Program-made: the position numbers and the translations under genes
Part shown: positions 62,892 through 64,000 of the stretch, piece by piece
Position numbering within the stretch: the stretch's first letter is position 1
Layout of the letters: each line of letters starts with the position of its first letter
Source of the DNA: Bacteroidia bacterium
GTDB lineage: Bacteria; Bacteroidota; Bacteroidia; UKL13-3
Reading direction: 5' to 3'
DNA length: 64,000 nucleotides
Assembly: GCA_049318585.1 (NCBI GenBank)
Contig: JBMOGB010000002.1
Span: 10,560 to 74,559, forward strand
Notes under the pieces: generated by a model
Seen by the model: the letters and a program-made list of their open reading frames with translations, nothing else
What the model was told of the DNA's origin: nothing
The model's database searches: none

Positions 62892-64000
62892 ATGAATAAG
62901 TTAAATTTTATAAGGGTCGGCTTTTTTATCGTGTTATTTATAATCGTTCGTTTTGTTTTAAAATTCGATGGACTTTATGGTCAAGATGCTTACGAATATT
63001 TACGATACACCAATGAAATGTATTCGTTTTTTGTAAAAGGAACTTTGTTAGGTGATTATTTTTGGGGATTAGGCTACCCATTTTTTGGTTGTTTATTCAA
63101 CTTTCTCATTCAAAATACAACGATGGCACTACAGTTGGTTTCCATAGTTGCAGCATTAGTTACTTGGATTTATATTGATAAAATTATTGAACTTATTTAT
63201 GATGAAAATCCCAATTATTTAGTAAGTTTTTTATTTTTCATGCTTTCACCCATTGTTATCATTCATGGTTTTGTGGTAATGAGCGATATGTTAGCTACTT
63301 GCTTAACAATAATGGCAATTTATTATTTGTTACATTTTTATAAATTTTCAAAAACCAGCAACTATATCTTAGGATTTTTTTTAAGCATGTTGGCTATTCA
63401 AACTAGGTATGCCTCTATTGTAGTTTTATTACTATTTATCGCCATTACTTTTATAAAAATAATAAAAAGTAAAAACTATAAATTGTTGCTTTATTCAGCT
63501 GTAATAGTTGTCATTATTTCAACGCCACATATTTTATTAAGGTCAACAACTGTGCTTGGTTTTACAAAACATCAATTTCTTACCAGTTGGAACTTTATGA
63601 ATATTTTCAGAAGTTCATTTAGTACCGTTGAAGGAGAATCACACAATAAATTCATCAATTTAGTGTATGTTTTTTACTCCTTTTTTCACCCTCAATTTTT
63701 AGCATTTGGATTGATTGTTATTTTGATTGCAATTAAGAATAAATTCAAAATATTTACTGGAAATAAGTTTCAAAATATGATGCTTGGAACTATTATAATT
63801 TATGCGCTTTTTTTGGGTGGAATTTCATTTCAAAATAAACGGTTTTTAGTGCTCTCATTTCCTTTAGTTATTTTATTTTGTTACCCAGTTCTGAAACAAA
63901 TATTGACTATTGATAAATTTAGTAAACACTTAATAATTGGTGTTTTAGTTTCTCAATTTAGTTTCATTGTATTTTTTGGTAAAAACTTTTATGAAAGAAA
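62892..64000 (+). CDS. GT-C fold glycosyltransferase-like membrane protein (3' end off window)
   Basis: Own translation from ATG 62892, open to 64000: MNKLNFIRVGFFIVLFIIVRFVLKFDGLYGQDAYEYLRY... Early DxY/E loop and multiple TM segments as in ArnT/PMT-type enzymes. Confidence 0.6.
   Translation, partial: MNKLNFIRVGFFIVLFIIVRFVLKFDGLYGQDAYEYLRYTNEMYSFFVKGTLLGDYFWGLGYPFFGCLFNFLIQNTTMALQLVSIVAALVTWIYIDKIIELIYDENPNYLVSFLFFMLSPIVIIHGFVVMSDMLATCLTIMAIYYLLHFYKFSKTSNYILGFFLSMLAIQTRYASIVVLLLFIAITFIKIIKSKNYKLLLYSAVIVVIISTPHILLRSTTVLGFTKHQFLTSWNFMNIFRSSFSTVEGESHNKFINLVYVFYSFFHPQFLAFGLIVILIAIKNKFKIFTGNKFQNMMLGTIIIYALFLGGISFQNKRFLVLSFPLVILFCYPVLKQILTIDKFSKHLIIGVLVSQFSFIVFFGKNFYER

Overview
Low-GC (about one third G+C by eye, not computed) chromosomal segment from a Bacteroidota organism. 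The evidence for that is gldH, several T9SS C-terminal sorting domains, TAnnTTTG-type promoter boxes and word-like intergenic hairpin repeats. All family assignments come from motifs I recognised in the translations; no database search was possible.

Most of the window is housekeeping: pth, kynU, recA, gdh, anmK, tRNA-Cys, hutI, a tdh-like gene, dxs, waaA, holB, a PSP1-family gene and gldH.

Three parts look accessory or unusual:
1) 9.0-12.6 kb after recA. A co-directional string of unrelated small genes: a secreted protein, a Zn-ribbon protein, an antitoxin plus a 26-codon PIN stump, and an Rpn/PD-(D/E)XK nuclease.
2) A 4.8-kb restriction-modification island at 48565-53383. It is bracketed by a 39-bp direct repeat (36/39 identical) that duplicates the 3' end of a GT-C glycosyltransferase gene. 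It carries eight exactly 21-bp-phased tandem repeats, a five-gene operon (unknown 98-aa ORF, XRE HTH, two m5C methyltransferases, a single-HKD PLD-type nuclease) and a start-less gene remnant. No recombinase is present.
3) A surface-glycan locus at 44.2-64 kb, split by that island. It starts with an actinobacterial-style lipid-linked pentose donor module: a decaprenyl-phosphate phosphoribosyltransferase-like UbiA, a DprE1-like FAD oxidase, a HAD phosphatase and a GT-C, with no DprE2. It continues with further GT-C proteins, Wzz-like, Wzy/ligase-like and flippase-like proteins, an SGNH hydrolase, and an SxtI/SxtK/SxtJ-like carbamoylation triad.

Other oddities:
- a MITE-like hairpin cluster with a 29-bp stem in the anmK/MFS divergent spacer;
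- inverted blocks of GTTGAT/GGTTAAT words upstream of the mscS-family gene;
- an alkyltransferase-like (Cys to Ala) MGMT homolog between hut genes;
- an arginase-fold protein whose metal motifs look degenerate;
- a DUF3127 protein ending in an SSB-like DDLPF tip.
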